From: a bacterium | Lineage (GTDB): Bacteria; Acidobacteriota; Thermoanaerobaculia; Multivoradales; J023 | Assembly: GCA_024226315.1 (NCBI GenBank) | Contig: JAAELT010000565.1 | Span: 10,305-74,304 of the forward strand | Direction: 5' to 3' | Length of the DNA stretch: 64,000 bases | Part shown: piece by piece, positions 11,920 through 24,516 of the stretch | Numbering within the stretch: position 1 is the stretch's first letter | Layout of the letters: every line of letters starts with the position of its first letter | Position numbers and translations under genes: made by a program | Notes under the pieces: generated by a model | Database searches by the model: none | The model's input: the letters and a program-made list of their open reading frames with translations, nothing else | What the model was told of the DNA's origin: nothing

Positions 11920-12386
11920 TCCGCGGTCTCCCCCGCGGCCGGCGTCGTCGGGGCGGTAGCCGCCTCCACGCCGCGCTCGACCACCAGGTCCATGGCATCG
12001 TCGATCGGGATACGCACGACCCCGGCGCCTTTGTTGACCCAGCCGTAACCGCCGAGCCGCTCGGCCATCTCGTGGCGCATGGCCTCGAGCTCGCCCTCGG
12101 GATCCCGCTGCAGCAGCGGACCTTCCGGCAGCTGGGGCTCGACCGCGGCGGCCGGCGGCGAGCGCACGCCTTCGGCGCGGGCGGCGTAGTAGCCCTGCAT
12201 GCCCCAGGTGATCAACATCCCCAGGCCGCACGCCAGGGCCAGGCCGAACGTCGTCCAGATGATCCCCGGCACGTTGACCTCGTCGTCGAAGCGTTTGCCG
12301 AAACGCCCGTCGTGGCGGGTCGCTTCCCGGTCCATCGCCGGCGTCGGATCAGCCATGGGCCAGGACCTCCCGGAGCGCCGGGTCAC
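11916..12386 (-). CDS. small membrane protein in the ActG position of the alternative complex III operon
   Basis: One predicted helix (IIWTTFGLALACGLGMLITWG). It overlaps the ActF stop. An alternative ATG at 12356 is possible. No family motif recognised. Confidence 0.5.
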   Translation of the reverse strand: MTRRSGRSWPMADPTPAMDREATRHDGRFGKRFDDEVNVPGIIWTTFGLALACGLGMLITWGMQGYYAARAEGVRSPPAAAVEPQLPEGPLLQRDPEGELEAMRHEMAERLGGYGWVNKGAGVVRIPIDDAMDLVVERGVEAATAPTTPAAGETAE

Positions 12387-13563
12387 GCACCGGCACCATC
12401 GCCTTGTTCTTGAACTGACCGACCAGCAGTGCCAGCCACAGGCCGCCGAGAGCCAGGGGAACCGCCAGGTTCAGCCAGTGGAAGGCCGCGCCGTCGGTCA
12501 GGCTCGGCGCGCACAGCCAGTAGTAATCCAGCCAGCGCATGGCCAGCACCCAGATGGCGACGCCCGCGAGCAGGCGCGCGCGCTTCTTGAGGTCGGCCGA
12601 GAGCAGCAGGCAGAACGGAATCGCGAAGTGGCCGATGATCAGCAGCAGCGACACCGCCTGCCAGCCGCTCGAGCTGCGCACGATGTACCAGCCGATCTCC
12701 TCCGGCAGGTTTCCGGACCAGATGATCAGGTACTGGGAGATCATGAAATAGGCCCACACCATCACCGCGGCCAGCATCAGCTTGCCGTAGTCGTGGAACT
12801 GTTTCGTGCTCACCACCTCGGACAGCGGCTTGCGGCTGGCCAGGAACAGCATCATCGGCACCGCGAAAGCGAAGGCCGAGAGGAAGTTGCCGGCGACAAA
12901 GGCGAAGCCGAACAGGCTCGAGAACCAGTGCGGATCGAGCGACATGATCCAGTCCACCGACGCCAGCGTGCCGGTGACCACGTAGAGGATCAGCCCGAGC
13001 GCGCTCAGCCGCTTCATCTTCTCTTTGTACCTGGGGTCGCCGGTCTCGTCCTGACGGTGCGACCAGGCGGAGAGGACGTAGGCCATCACCGTCCAGACGG
13101 CGACGAAGATCAGTGCGCGGCCGAGAAACGCCGAGACGTTGAGGTAGGGGGCTTTGTGCTGCAGCAGGGCGTCGTGGGCGACGTTCTCAGGCACCGACCA
13201 CGGGTAGAGGTGCTCGAGCCCGAAGGCCAGCGGCAGGCCCGCCACCACGAAGAACGGCAGGGTGCGGCCCGAGGCCTCGAGCACCCGGCGCAGCACCACG
13301 CCCCAGTCGCCACCCGAGACGTGGCTCAACATCGAAAGGACGAACAACCCCAGGGCGATCGACAGCGACCACAGCCAGGCCACCAGGTAGGCGCGGTAGA
13401 AATCGATCGGCGCGCTGGTGAAGTAGCCGGCGGCGGTGAGCACGACGCCCACGGCACCGGCGACCAGCGCCCGGCGCTGCAGGCGGTCGAGGTCCTCCCG
13501 CGGCTGGAACTCCGCGTCGCGGATGATGGGCTCGCTGTCGCGAGGGGACGACTCGGTCATCAA
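12349..13563 (-). CDS. actF: alternative complex III subunit ActF (NrfD-like polytopic membrane protein)
   Basis: 404 aa multi-helix protein, the second NrfD-like paralogue in the operon, translationally coupled on both sides. Confidence 0.75.
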   Translation of the reverse strand: MMTESSPRDSEPIIRDAEFQPREDLDRLQRRALVAGAVGVVLTAAGYFTSAPIDFYRAYLVAWLWSLSIALGLFVLSMLSHVSGGDWGVVLRRVLEASGRTLPFFVVAGLPLAFGLEHLYPWSVPENVAHDALLQHKAPYLNVSAFLGRALIFVAVWTVMAYVLSAWSHRQDETGDPRYKEKMKRLSALGLILYVVTGTLASVDWIMSLDPHWFSSLFGFAFVAGNFLSAFAFAVPMMLFLASRKPLSEVVSTKQFHDYGKLMLAAVMVWAYFMISQYLIIWSGNLPEEIGWYIVRSSSGWQAVSLLLIIGHFAIPFCLLLSADLKKRARLLAGVAIWVLAMRWLDYYWLCAPSLTDGAAFHWLNLAVPLALGGLWLALLVGQFKNKAMVPVRDPALREVLAHG

Positions 13564-14204
13564 TGATGCTCCTCTGCCGAGTGCACGGCGCCCGTGGGCT
13601 CCTCGCCGGAGCTCCCGGTCCCCAGCGCCTCGTGGAACCGTTCCTGCGCCTCCGGCGGCAGCTCGTTCAGCGCACTGTTCTGGCTGAGCTGCAGCGCCCG
13701 GACATAGGCGACGATCGCCCAGCGGTCCGCCACCGGGATCTGGTTGGCATAGCTCGACATCAGGCCGAAGCCGGCGGTCATGACGTCGAAGAAATAGCCC
13801 GCCGGCATGTCCTTGAGGCGCTGCTCGTAGAGCGGCGGCGGTTGCTTGAAACCTCGCCGCACGATCATGCCGCGGCCGCCGCCGGTCGAGTCGTGGCAGA
13901 CGCTGCAGTAGATCTCGTAGCGGTCGCGTCCGCGCTCCAGCAGCTCACGGGTGAGCTCGAGCTCCGCGGGCAGAGAGTCGACCAGGTTGCCGTCGGCGTC
14001 CTTGCCTTGCCACCAGTGGGTGTCCTCGCGCAGGAAGCCCTGGGGGATGGTCCCTTCCGGGATCGGCCGCGAAGCCATGCCATTGTCGAAGAACGAGCTC
14101 GCCTCGAGCGGCTGGAGCTTGGGCTGATCGTGCATGTCCTGCCGGCAGCCGATCAGCAGGGCCACGCAGACGACCATGAGCGCCGGGGCTTCAAGCCTCG
14201 ACAT
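13560..14204 (-). CDS. actE: alternative complex III subunit ActE (monoheme cytochrome c, probable lipoprotein)
   Basis: Single CSVCH heme site. Signal peptide has LIGC. Confidence 0.8.
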   Translation of the reverse strand: MSRLEAPALMVVCVALLIGCRQDMHDQPKLQPLEASSFFDNGMASRPIPEGTIPQGFLREDTHWWQGKDADGNLVDSLPAELELTRELLERGRDRYEIYCSVCHDSTGGGRGMIVRRGFKQPPPLYEQRLKDMPAGYFFDVMTAGFGLMSSYANQIPVADRWAIVAYVRALQLSQNSALNELPPEAQERFHEALGTGSSGEEPTGAVHSAEEHH

Positions 14205-14725
14205 CGTGCACCTCTTCGGGGTCCATGCTCTCCAGGAGAGCCCGGGTCTCCTGCAGATCGAATCTCGGGTCGGCGGCTTCGATCAGCAGGAAGCAGCGGT
14301 CCTGCGTCGCCCGCTCGAAGCTCGCCACGTTGAACACCGGGTGGTAGGGCTCCGGCAGCTTGTTGAGGGCGAACATGCCGATCACCGCTGTCAGGGCGGC
14401 GAACAAGATGGTCATCTCGAAGGTCGCGGGAATGAACGCCGGCCAGCTGTTGAGCGGCCGGCCGCCGATGTTGAGAGGGTAGCCCGCCGAGGAGATCCAG
14501 AGCTGCATGCCGAAGCCGACGACGGCGCCGGCGAGGCCGCCGAGCAGCACCAGCAGAGACACCTTCGACTTCTTGTGGTCCTCGATCTCCTCGCTCACCG
14601 GTTCCACCGGATAGGGGGTGAACGCGTCGATCGCGCGGAAGCCCTCGGCCTTGACCCGGAGCACGGCGTCGAGCAGCGCCTGGGGCGTCACGAACTCGGC
14701 CATCAGGCCATAGGTTTCCCCTCGC

Positions 14726-14733
<8 letters not shown>
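14191..14733 (-). CDS. actD: alternative complex III subunit ActD (DUF3341-like)
   Basis: 180 aa. Begins YGLMAEFVTPQALLDAVLRVKAEGFRAIDAFTPYPV and has two C-terminal helices. Confidence 0.75.
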
Positions 14734-19160
<4,427 letters not shown>

Positions 19161-19168
19161 ATCTTGCC

Positions 19169-19828
19169 TCAGCGATGGCAGGTCGAGCAGCTGGTCAGTC
19201 GCTGTTCGTCCTCGATGCCGGCCGCCGCCACCAGCTTGGCGCCGTACTCCGGATCGTCGTCCGGGCGCTCCCAGTCGAAGTTGAAGACCTCTTCCGGCGG
19301 CCGAACGTAGCGCTCCGGGTTGCGGTGGCAATCCAGGCACCAGCTCATCTGCAGCGAAGCGCCGCGCGCGATCAGCGGCATCTCGGTGACGTCGCCGTGG
19401 CAGGTCTCGCAGCCGACGCCCTTGGCGACGTGGATGCTGTGGTCGAAGTAGACGAAGTCCGGCAGATCGTGGACCCGGAACCACTCGATCGGCTCGTCGT
19501 CGCGGAAGCTGGCGCGCACCGGCTCGAGCATCGGGCTGTCCTTCCAGATCTCGATGTGGCAGTTCATGCACACTTCGGTGGCCGGGATGTTGGCCGACGC
19601 CGCCCGCTCGACCGTGTTGTGGCAGTAGCGGCAATCGATGCCCAGCGCCGCGGTGTGGTGGTCGTGGCTGAAGGGGATCGGCTGCTCGTAGACCACCCCC
19701 TCGTTGGTGCGGTAGGGCGAGCGCTCGAAGGCCATCATCAGCCCCACGCCGCCGCCGGCCAGGAGTGCCGCGGCCAGGATGCTGAGTCTCGAATAGGGGT
19801 TGGAAGCGGGGTGGAAGATCTGTGCCAT
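19169..19828 (-). CDS. actA: alternative complex III subunit ActA (pentaheme cytochrome c)
   Basis: Five CxxCH sites (CRYCH, CMNCH, CETCH, CLDCH, CSTCH) and an N-terminal membrane anchor. Confidence 0.85.
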   Translation of the reverse strand: MAQIFHPASNPYSRLSILAAALLAGGGVGLMMAFERSPYRTNEGVVYEQPIPFSHDHHTAALGIDCRYCHNTVERAASANIPATEVCMNCHIEIWKDSPMLEPVRASFRDDEPIEWFRVHDLPDFVYFDHSIHVAKGVGCETCHGDVTEMPLIARGASLQMSWCLDCHRNPERYVRPPEEVFNFDWERPDDDPEYGAKLVAAAGIEDEQRLTSCSTCHR

Positions 19829-19933
19829 GAGCTCGTCGCGCCTGCGCTTCTTCGGGAATGACCTTGTCTTCAGCCGGGGCCGAGATGCCGCTCGAAGTGC
19901 CGCCTCTAGCCGAAGTCGGCGAAGTCTAAGAGC

Positions 19934-19949
19934 CTGTGAAAAACTTCAC
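19934..19949. promoter_or_regulatory. perfect CRP-type palindrome TGTGA-N6-TCACA upstream of actA
   Basis: TGTGAAAAACTTCACA read directly, about 105-120 nt upstream of the actA ATG in the only sizeable intergenic gap of the respiratory operon. Confidence 0.35.
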
Positions 19950-20026
19950 AAGCCCCTTGCCGACGGGATTCGAAAATGGACTGCCACCGGATTTGAGCTT
20001 CATAGTACCTTCCGCCGGCCGGATCT

Positions 20027-21262
20027 TCAACCGCTCCGGCGACGGAGCTCCTCCAGGGCCTTCAGCACCTTCCGCGCCACCGGCGAGGCGCTGAACAGGA
20101 AGATCTCCCCGGGTATCTCGCCCAAGCCCTCGCGGCCGGAGGCCAGCTGCTTGGAGAGCGCCAGGATCAGGTTGTCCGGCCCGTGGCGGCGCAGCAGCTC
20201 CAGGCGCGAGGCCACGGCGCCCTTGTTCCAGAAGCCGAAGACCTCCATGTAGACCTCGAAGCCGCTGCCCGGATGCTCGAACACGAAGTCCGGTACCAGC
20301 ACCCCGCGTCCGTCGAGGTCGACGAGCTCGGCGTCGGTCGAAATTGTCCACTCCGACTCCAGTTTCTCGAACTGCTCGGGCAGCCAGGTCAATACCTCCG
20401 GCTGCCACTGGCCGGTGAGGCGGGTGTGGGGCCTGAGGCCGTCGGCCGGCGACAGACGGAAGCCGAGCTCACGGCGTTTCTTGCCCCACAGCAGGCGGGC
20501 GGTCAGCGACCAGCGGTCGAAGTGCAGCAGGGTGGGCAGGAAGCTGGCCATCCGCAGCCCGTAGCGGCCGCTCGACTTGAACACCGACAGCGGGCCGTCG
20601 AGCCGGATCACGTAGCCCGAATCGGCGTCGCCCTCGACCCGGTGCATGAGCTGGAAGAACTTGATCTTGCGGAACAGCTCCCGGTGCTGGCGGATGTCGC
20701 CGCCGTCGATCCGGATCTCGAGCTCGGCGGCCTTGAACAGCACCCCCTGGGCGAGCGCCACGTTGTAGCGCCGCAGCAGCCAGTCGGGCTTGCACGGTTT
20801 CCAGTTCTGCAGGATCTGCTCGTCCTTGAGATCAGCGTAGAGGCCGCGCTCGATCTGGCCCGCCTCGACGCCCAGCCGCTCGGCGACGCCGCCGAGCACC
20901 GAGTCCCGATCGAGGTGAAACGGCTGGGCGTCGTCCCCCTCGAGTGGAGCGCGGTAGGCGTCGGCCGCGGCCTCGAACACCGCGCCGCGCAGCTCGTCGG
21001 GCTCGACCTCGGACTCGGTGTCGAAGGTCGAGCGGTCGAGCAGCAGCTTGGCCAGCGCGCGGTGGAGCAGGAACTCGGTGCCGGTGCCGAGCAGCTCCTT
21101 CAGCTCCTGGTCGAGCTCGTGGCGCGGCCGTCCCTCGTGGCCACGGAACACGTCGATCAGCTCGCCGGCCAGGGCCAGGTTGCCCTCGTCCTCGGCGTCG
21201 ATATAGCGGGGCCGCACCTCCTGTCGGTAGACCCGCGCCTGGACGAGATCGGCGGTCAGCAC
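20027..21262 (-). CDS. DUF790/Bax1-like nuclease (partner of XPB helicase)
   Basis: 411 aa. The C-terminal PD-(D/E)xK-like core is LVPDFVFEH...FEVYMEVFGFWNKG. Confidence 0.75.
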   Translation of the reverse strand: MLTADLVQARVYRQEVRPRYIDAEDEGNLALAGELIDVFRGHEGRPRHELDQELKELLGTGTEFLLHRALAKLLLDRSTFDTESEVEPDELRGAVFEAAADAYRAPLEGDDAQPFHLDRDSVLGGVAERLGVEAGQIERGLYADLKDEQILQNWKPCKPDWLLRRYNVALAQGVLFKAAELEIRIDGGDIRQHRELFRKIKFFQLMHRVEGDADSGYVIRLDGPLSVFKSSGRYGLRMASFLPTLLHFDRWSLTARLLWGKKRRELGFRLSPADGLRPHTRLTGQWQPEVLTWLPEQFEKLESEWTISTDAELVDLDGRGVLVPDFVFEHPGSGFEVYMEVFGFWNKGAVASRLELLRRHGPDNLILALSKQLASGREGLGEIPGEIFLFSASPVARKVLKALEELRRRSG

Positions 21263-21453
21263 GTCTCGCGGTCCCGATCAGGTGGGCTTGTGGCGCGAGC
21301 TCGGCACATCGGGGACATTATCGTGAGCCGCGGGCTTCGTTTCAAGCGAGGGGGAGGCGCTGCGGGTCACACGGGCCGCGACAGTGATGCGCCGGCCGAC
21401 AACCCTGGTCCGACGGGCTGTGACCCTTTTCCTTTGTGCTTTTCAGGTGCTTT

Positions 21454-21730
21454 TCAGTACCTCATGTCCATCGCGAAGGCGTACGTCCAGTAGTAGTCGG
21501 AGTGCGGCGTCGGGCTCCAGGGGCAGCAGTCGGAGAGCCCGATGCTGTCGATCGAGCGGTAGCGTTTGTTGGTCTCGGACGGCGGCACGTGGATGCTCTC
21601 GAGCTCGTGGATGGTCGGCAGTCGCCAGTCGGTGTGCCGGCCCTGACTCAGGTCGCGGCAGTAGGCCGCGGCGGCGTCCAGGGTGGCGTTCTCACTCCAC
21701 GGCGATCAGCCCGTCTTCGAACCCCACCAT
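21454..21730 (-). pseudogene. frameshifted, C-terminally truncated DUF1566-like gene fragment (cassette A)
   Basis: My translation reads SPWSENATLDAAAAYCRDLSQGRHTDWRLPTIHELESIHVPP...CCPWSPTPHSDYYWTYAFAMDMRY-stop. The nearest ATG (21730) is in another frame and stops after 12 codons. It is 93% identical over 171 nt to 23840..24010. Confidence 0.5.
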
Positions 21731-21895
21731 GCTCGTCCGGCCCGCCGTGCCGTTTGAAGCCAGGCGCCTGAGTCAACGCGCCTTTGCGGAAGGCCCCGAG
21801 CCGGGGGTGAAGCGCGGGTGCGCCTGGATGAACGCAGTACGAATCCGAACCCTCCGAACCTTGACTCGATCAGCGTAAGACGCTATCTTACCTGT

Positions 21896-22126
21896 ATGAA
21901 GACCGCAGTCTCCACGAAGGGCCAGATCGTCCTCCCAGCGGAGATCCGCCGGCAGGACGACATCGAACCTGGGCAGGAGTTCGAGATCGAGCGAATTGAT
22001 CGCGGCGAGTACCGGCTGGTGCGTCGTTCGCCGCCGAAGAACTACGGTCTCGTGGACTGGTTGCTCGCTTGCCCTGAGAAGGGTTTCTTCGTTCCCATCG
22101 AGTCTGAGTCCACCGATACGCTGTGA
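21896..22126 (+). CDS. vapB: AbrB/SpoVT-MazE family antitoxin VapB
   Basis: MKTAVSTKGQIVLPAEIRRQ is a swapped-hairpin motif. The stop overlaps the vapC GTG (GTGA). Confidence 0.8.
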   Translation: MKTAVSTKGQIVLPAEIRRQDDIEPGQEFEIERIDRGEYRLVRRSPPKNYGLVDWLLACPEKGFFVPIESESTDTL

Positions 22127-22530
22127 CGTTCCTGGTCGACGCCAACGTCCTCAGCGAAGCCACCAAGCCAGATCCCGATCCAGGGGTCTTGGACTGGCTC
22201 CGCCGTCATGAGCGGGAGATCACCGTCGATCCCGTCATCCTCGGCGAGATTCGCTTCGGCATTCTTCACCTACCGGAGGGCAGACGCCGTAGGCGGCTCG
22301 AGGAATGGTTTGAGGCCGGCATCGTCAATATCGAGTGTTGGCCCTGGGATGCGGCCACGGGTTTGCGCTGGGCTCGGCTGCTCGCAGACCTGCGTGGGAG
22401 AGGCCGATCCATGCCGATCAAAGATAGCCTGATCGCGACCACGGGCCTCGTCCATGGGCTTCCGGTCGTGACCCGGAATCAAACTGACTTCGAGAAGGCG
22501 GGAGTCGAAGTCGTCAATCCGTTCGTTTGA
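22123..22530 (+). CDS. vapC: PIN-domain toxin VapC
   Basis: Begins FLVDANVLSE. Acidic PIN residues are present (D at position 6, E, and D near ...IKDSLIATT...). 135 aa. Confidence 0.85.
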   Translation: MTFLVDANVLSEATKPDPDPGVLDWLRRHEREITVDPVILGEIRFGILHLPEGRRRRRLEEWFEAGIVNIECWPWDAATGLRWARLLADLRGRGRSMPIKDSLIATTGLVHGLPVVTRNQTDFEKAGVEVVNPFV

Positions 22531-22599
22531 AGTTGGATCAGCTTCTCGCTGATCGCCCCGTGCGGCGGCAGGCACGGCTGCGAGCGATCAGAGATCGAC

Positions 22600-22813
22600 C
22601 AGCCGGCGCAGCAGCGCTTCACCATTGATCGCCGACCCCAGTATTTCTCCCGCCAGTCCGCGATCCGCCCGACCTCGCGCGCCAGGTTGCTTTTGACGTA
22701 GCCGACGAAGCCGGCGAGCCGATCGACGTCGGAGACGCCGATCAGCATGTGCGCGTGCGTCCGGAGTCCGCCGAAGGCGTAGAGCTCCACCGGGTAGAGC
22801 TCTGGCAGTCCTC
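22600..22813 (-). pseudogene. remnant of a REP-associated tyrosine transposase (RAYT, IS200/IS605 Y1 family)
   Basis: Only the core VELYAFGGLRTHAHMLIGVSDVDRLAGFVGYVKSNLAREVGRIADWREKYWGRRS is recognisable. It resembles the xLMxNHxHLL and YWxxRF blocks. The N-terminus is replaced by translated REP repeats and the C-terminus drifts into vapC. Confidence 0.55.
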
Positions 22814-23131
22814 GGTCACTCCAGCCGTGACCGTGACCGGACGGTTGCCATGCCAGGTCACTCTGGCCGTGACCGTGACCGAACGATTGCCACGCCAGGT
22901 CACACCGTCCGTGACCATGATCAGGCGATTGCCACGCCAGGTCACTCCGTCCGTGACCGTGACCGGGCGTTTGCCATACCAGGTCACACCGTCCGTGACC
23001 GTGACCGGGCGTTTGCCATGCCAGGTCACACCGTCCGTGACCGTGACCGGGCGTTTGCCATGCCAGGTCACACCGTCCGTGACCGTTACCGGGCGATTGC
23101 CACACCAGGTCACGCTTGCTGTGACCGTGAC
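22814..23131. repeat. 7.6 tandem copies of a 42-bp REP-like palindromic unit
   Basis: The unit is GGTCACACCGTCCGTGACCGTGACCGGGCGTTTGCCATGCCA. Each copy carries a GGTCAC/GTGACC stem. Four overlapping track ORFs, two on each strand, run through the array, which marks it as non-coding repeat DNA. Confidence 0.85.
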
Positions 23132-23151
23132 TCATCCGATAGCTTTACGTC

Positions 23152-23754
23152 ATGGCCTGGCAACCCCTCAAAGAGCTCGATGCGAAACGCAGGCGGCAGC
23201 GCAAGGCGGCGCGGGCGGCGGGTTTGAAGAAGGCGCCGGGGGATCTGGAGCTCGTCCGGGCTTTCGTCAGCACGGTGGCGCGCGCCAAGCGAGTCGACGA
23301 GCTGGCGACCCCGGCCCGGCTGGGGCGCTGGCTCGAGAATCGCGGGCTGCTCGACGCCGGGGCCGCCCTCGGTGAGGCGGAGCAGCGGAGCGCTCTCGAC
23401 CTGCGCCGGGGCCTGCGCAACCTGATCCTCGCCAACAGCGGCGTCGCGGCCGACCCGGCGATGCTCGAGCGGATCGAGGCGTCGTCGACCGGCGGGCGGT
23501 TCGCGCTGCGCTACGAAGGCGGCCTGCCCGTGGGCTTCGGCCCTGCCTCGCGTCGTTTCGACGACGCCCTGGGGGCGCTCGCCGCGATCGTCGTCACGGC
23601 GCGCTCCGAGGGCCTCTGGCCCCGGCTCAAGATCTGCTCCGGCAGCGATTGCCGGCGGGCCTTCTTCGACACCTCGCCGAACTTCACTGGCAGGTGGTGC
23701 TCACCGCAGTGTGGCGACAAGCACCGGGCGGCGGGTCACCGCCGGCGCCGGTGA
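23152..23754 (+). CDS. CGNR zinc-finger (ABATE-family) putative regulator
   Basis: The C-terminus reads CSGSDCRRAFFDTSPNFTGRWCSPQCGDKHR. Confidence 0.8.
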   Translation: MAWQPLKELDAKRRRQRKAARAAGLKKAPGDLELVRAFVSTVARAKRVDELATPARLGRWLENRGLLDAGAALGEAEQRSALDLRRGLRNLILANSGVAADPAMLERIEASSTGGRFALRYEGGLPVGFGPASRRFDDALGALAAIVVTARSEGLWPRLKICSGSDCRRAFFDTSPNFTGRWCSPQCGDKHRAAGHRRRR

Positions 23755-23776
23755 GGCGCCTCGCGGCCAAGAGTGC

Positions 23777-24370
23777 TCAGCCGGCGGCGTCGCGCACGCA
23801 CAGCGCACGCATGTGGTAGCCGAGGGACTCGTACTGCAGGTACCTCATGTCCATCGCGAAGGCGTACGTCCAGTAGTAGTCGGAGTGGGGCGTCGAGCTC
23901 CAGGGGCAGCAGTCGGAGAGCCCGATGCCGTCCATCGAGCGGTAGCGCTTGCTGGTCGTCGACGGCGGCACGTGGATGCCCTCCAGCTCGTGAATGGTCG
24001 GCAGTCGCCAACCGACTCGGCAGGACTCGGTTGCCCAGGATCCACTCGTCGGAGATCTTGCCGTCGCGGAAGTGGTACATGCCGAAGTTGACGCTCTCCA
24101 TCGCGAACCGGGTCTCCCCCCAGCCGCCGGTGAACCGCCAGCGCATGGCGCCCTTGTCGGCATTGGCCACCACGCCGTGCAGCTCGATGTGGAGGTCGCG
24201 GTAGAACCCCCGGCCGCCCTCGATCACGCTCCGCAGCTTCGCTCGCGAATCGGCCGGTCCGAAGCCGCCGTGGCGCGTGAAGTCTTCGGTCACCAGCTCG
24301 TCGAGCCGGTCGAGGCGAGAACGAGCGACAGCATCAGACAGACTAAGAACAAGGGGAGTCGACGCTTCAT
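23777..24370 (-). pseudogene. three-frame composite (cassette B): signal peptide, SnoaL-like segment, DUF1566 C-terminal half
   Basis: Frame 1 reads MKRRLPLFLVCLMLSLVLASTGSTSW-stop (24370..24290). Frame 2 reads LDRLDELVTEDFTRHGG...MYHFRDGKISDEWILGN. Frame 3 reads WRLPTIHELEGIHVPP...YYWTYAFAMDMRYLQYESLGYHMRALCVRDAAG-stop (23777). Confidence 0.45.
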
Positions 24371-24516
24371 CTCGAAGCTCTTTCTTCGACGAGCGGGTGC
24401 GGAATGGGTCGTGGTCGTCCCATCCTCCGCGGAGGATGGCGCGGCGTCAACGCGCCTTTGCGGACAGCCCCTGGCCGGGGGTGAAGCGCGGGTGGGTCTG
24501 GATGAATGCAGCGCTC

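Noticed and set aside
11916-12386. Calling the 156-aa protein ActG.
   Set aside because: Only its operon position supports the name. I could not recognise a family motif, so it is listed as a hypothetical membrane protein in the ActG position.
22742-23375. ORFs translating to GHGHGRCDLAWQTP, VTVTGRLPCQ and similar repeats.
   Set aside because: Four overlapping ORFs on both strands run through the 42-bp array at once, which is a hallmark of non-coding tandem repeats rather than a repeat protein.
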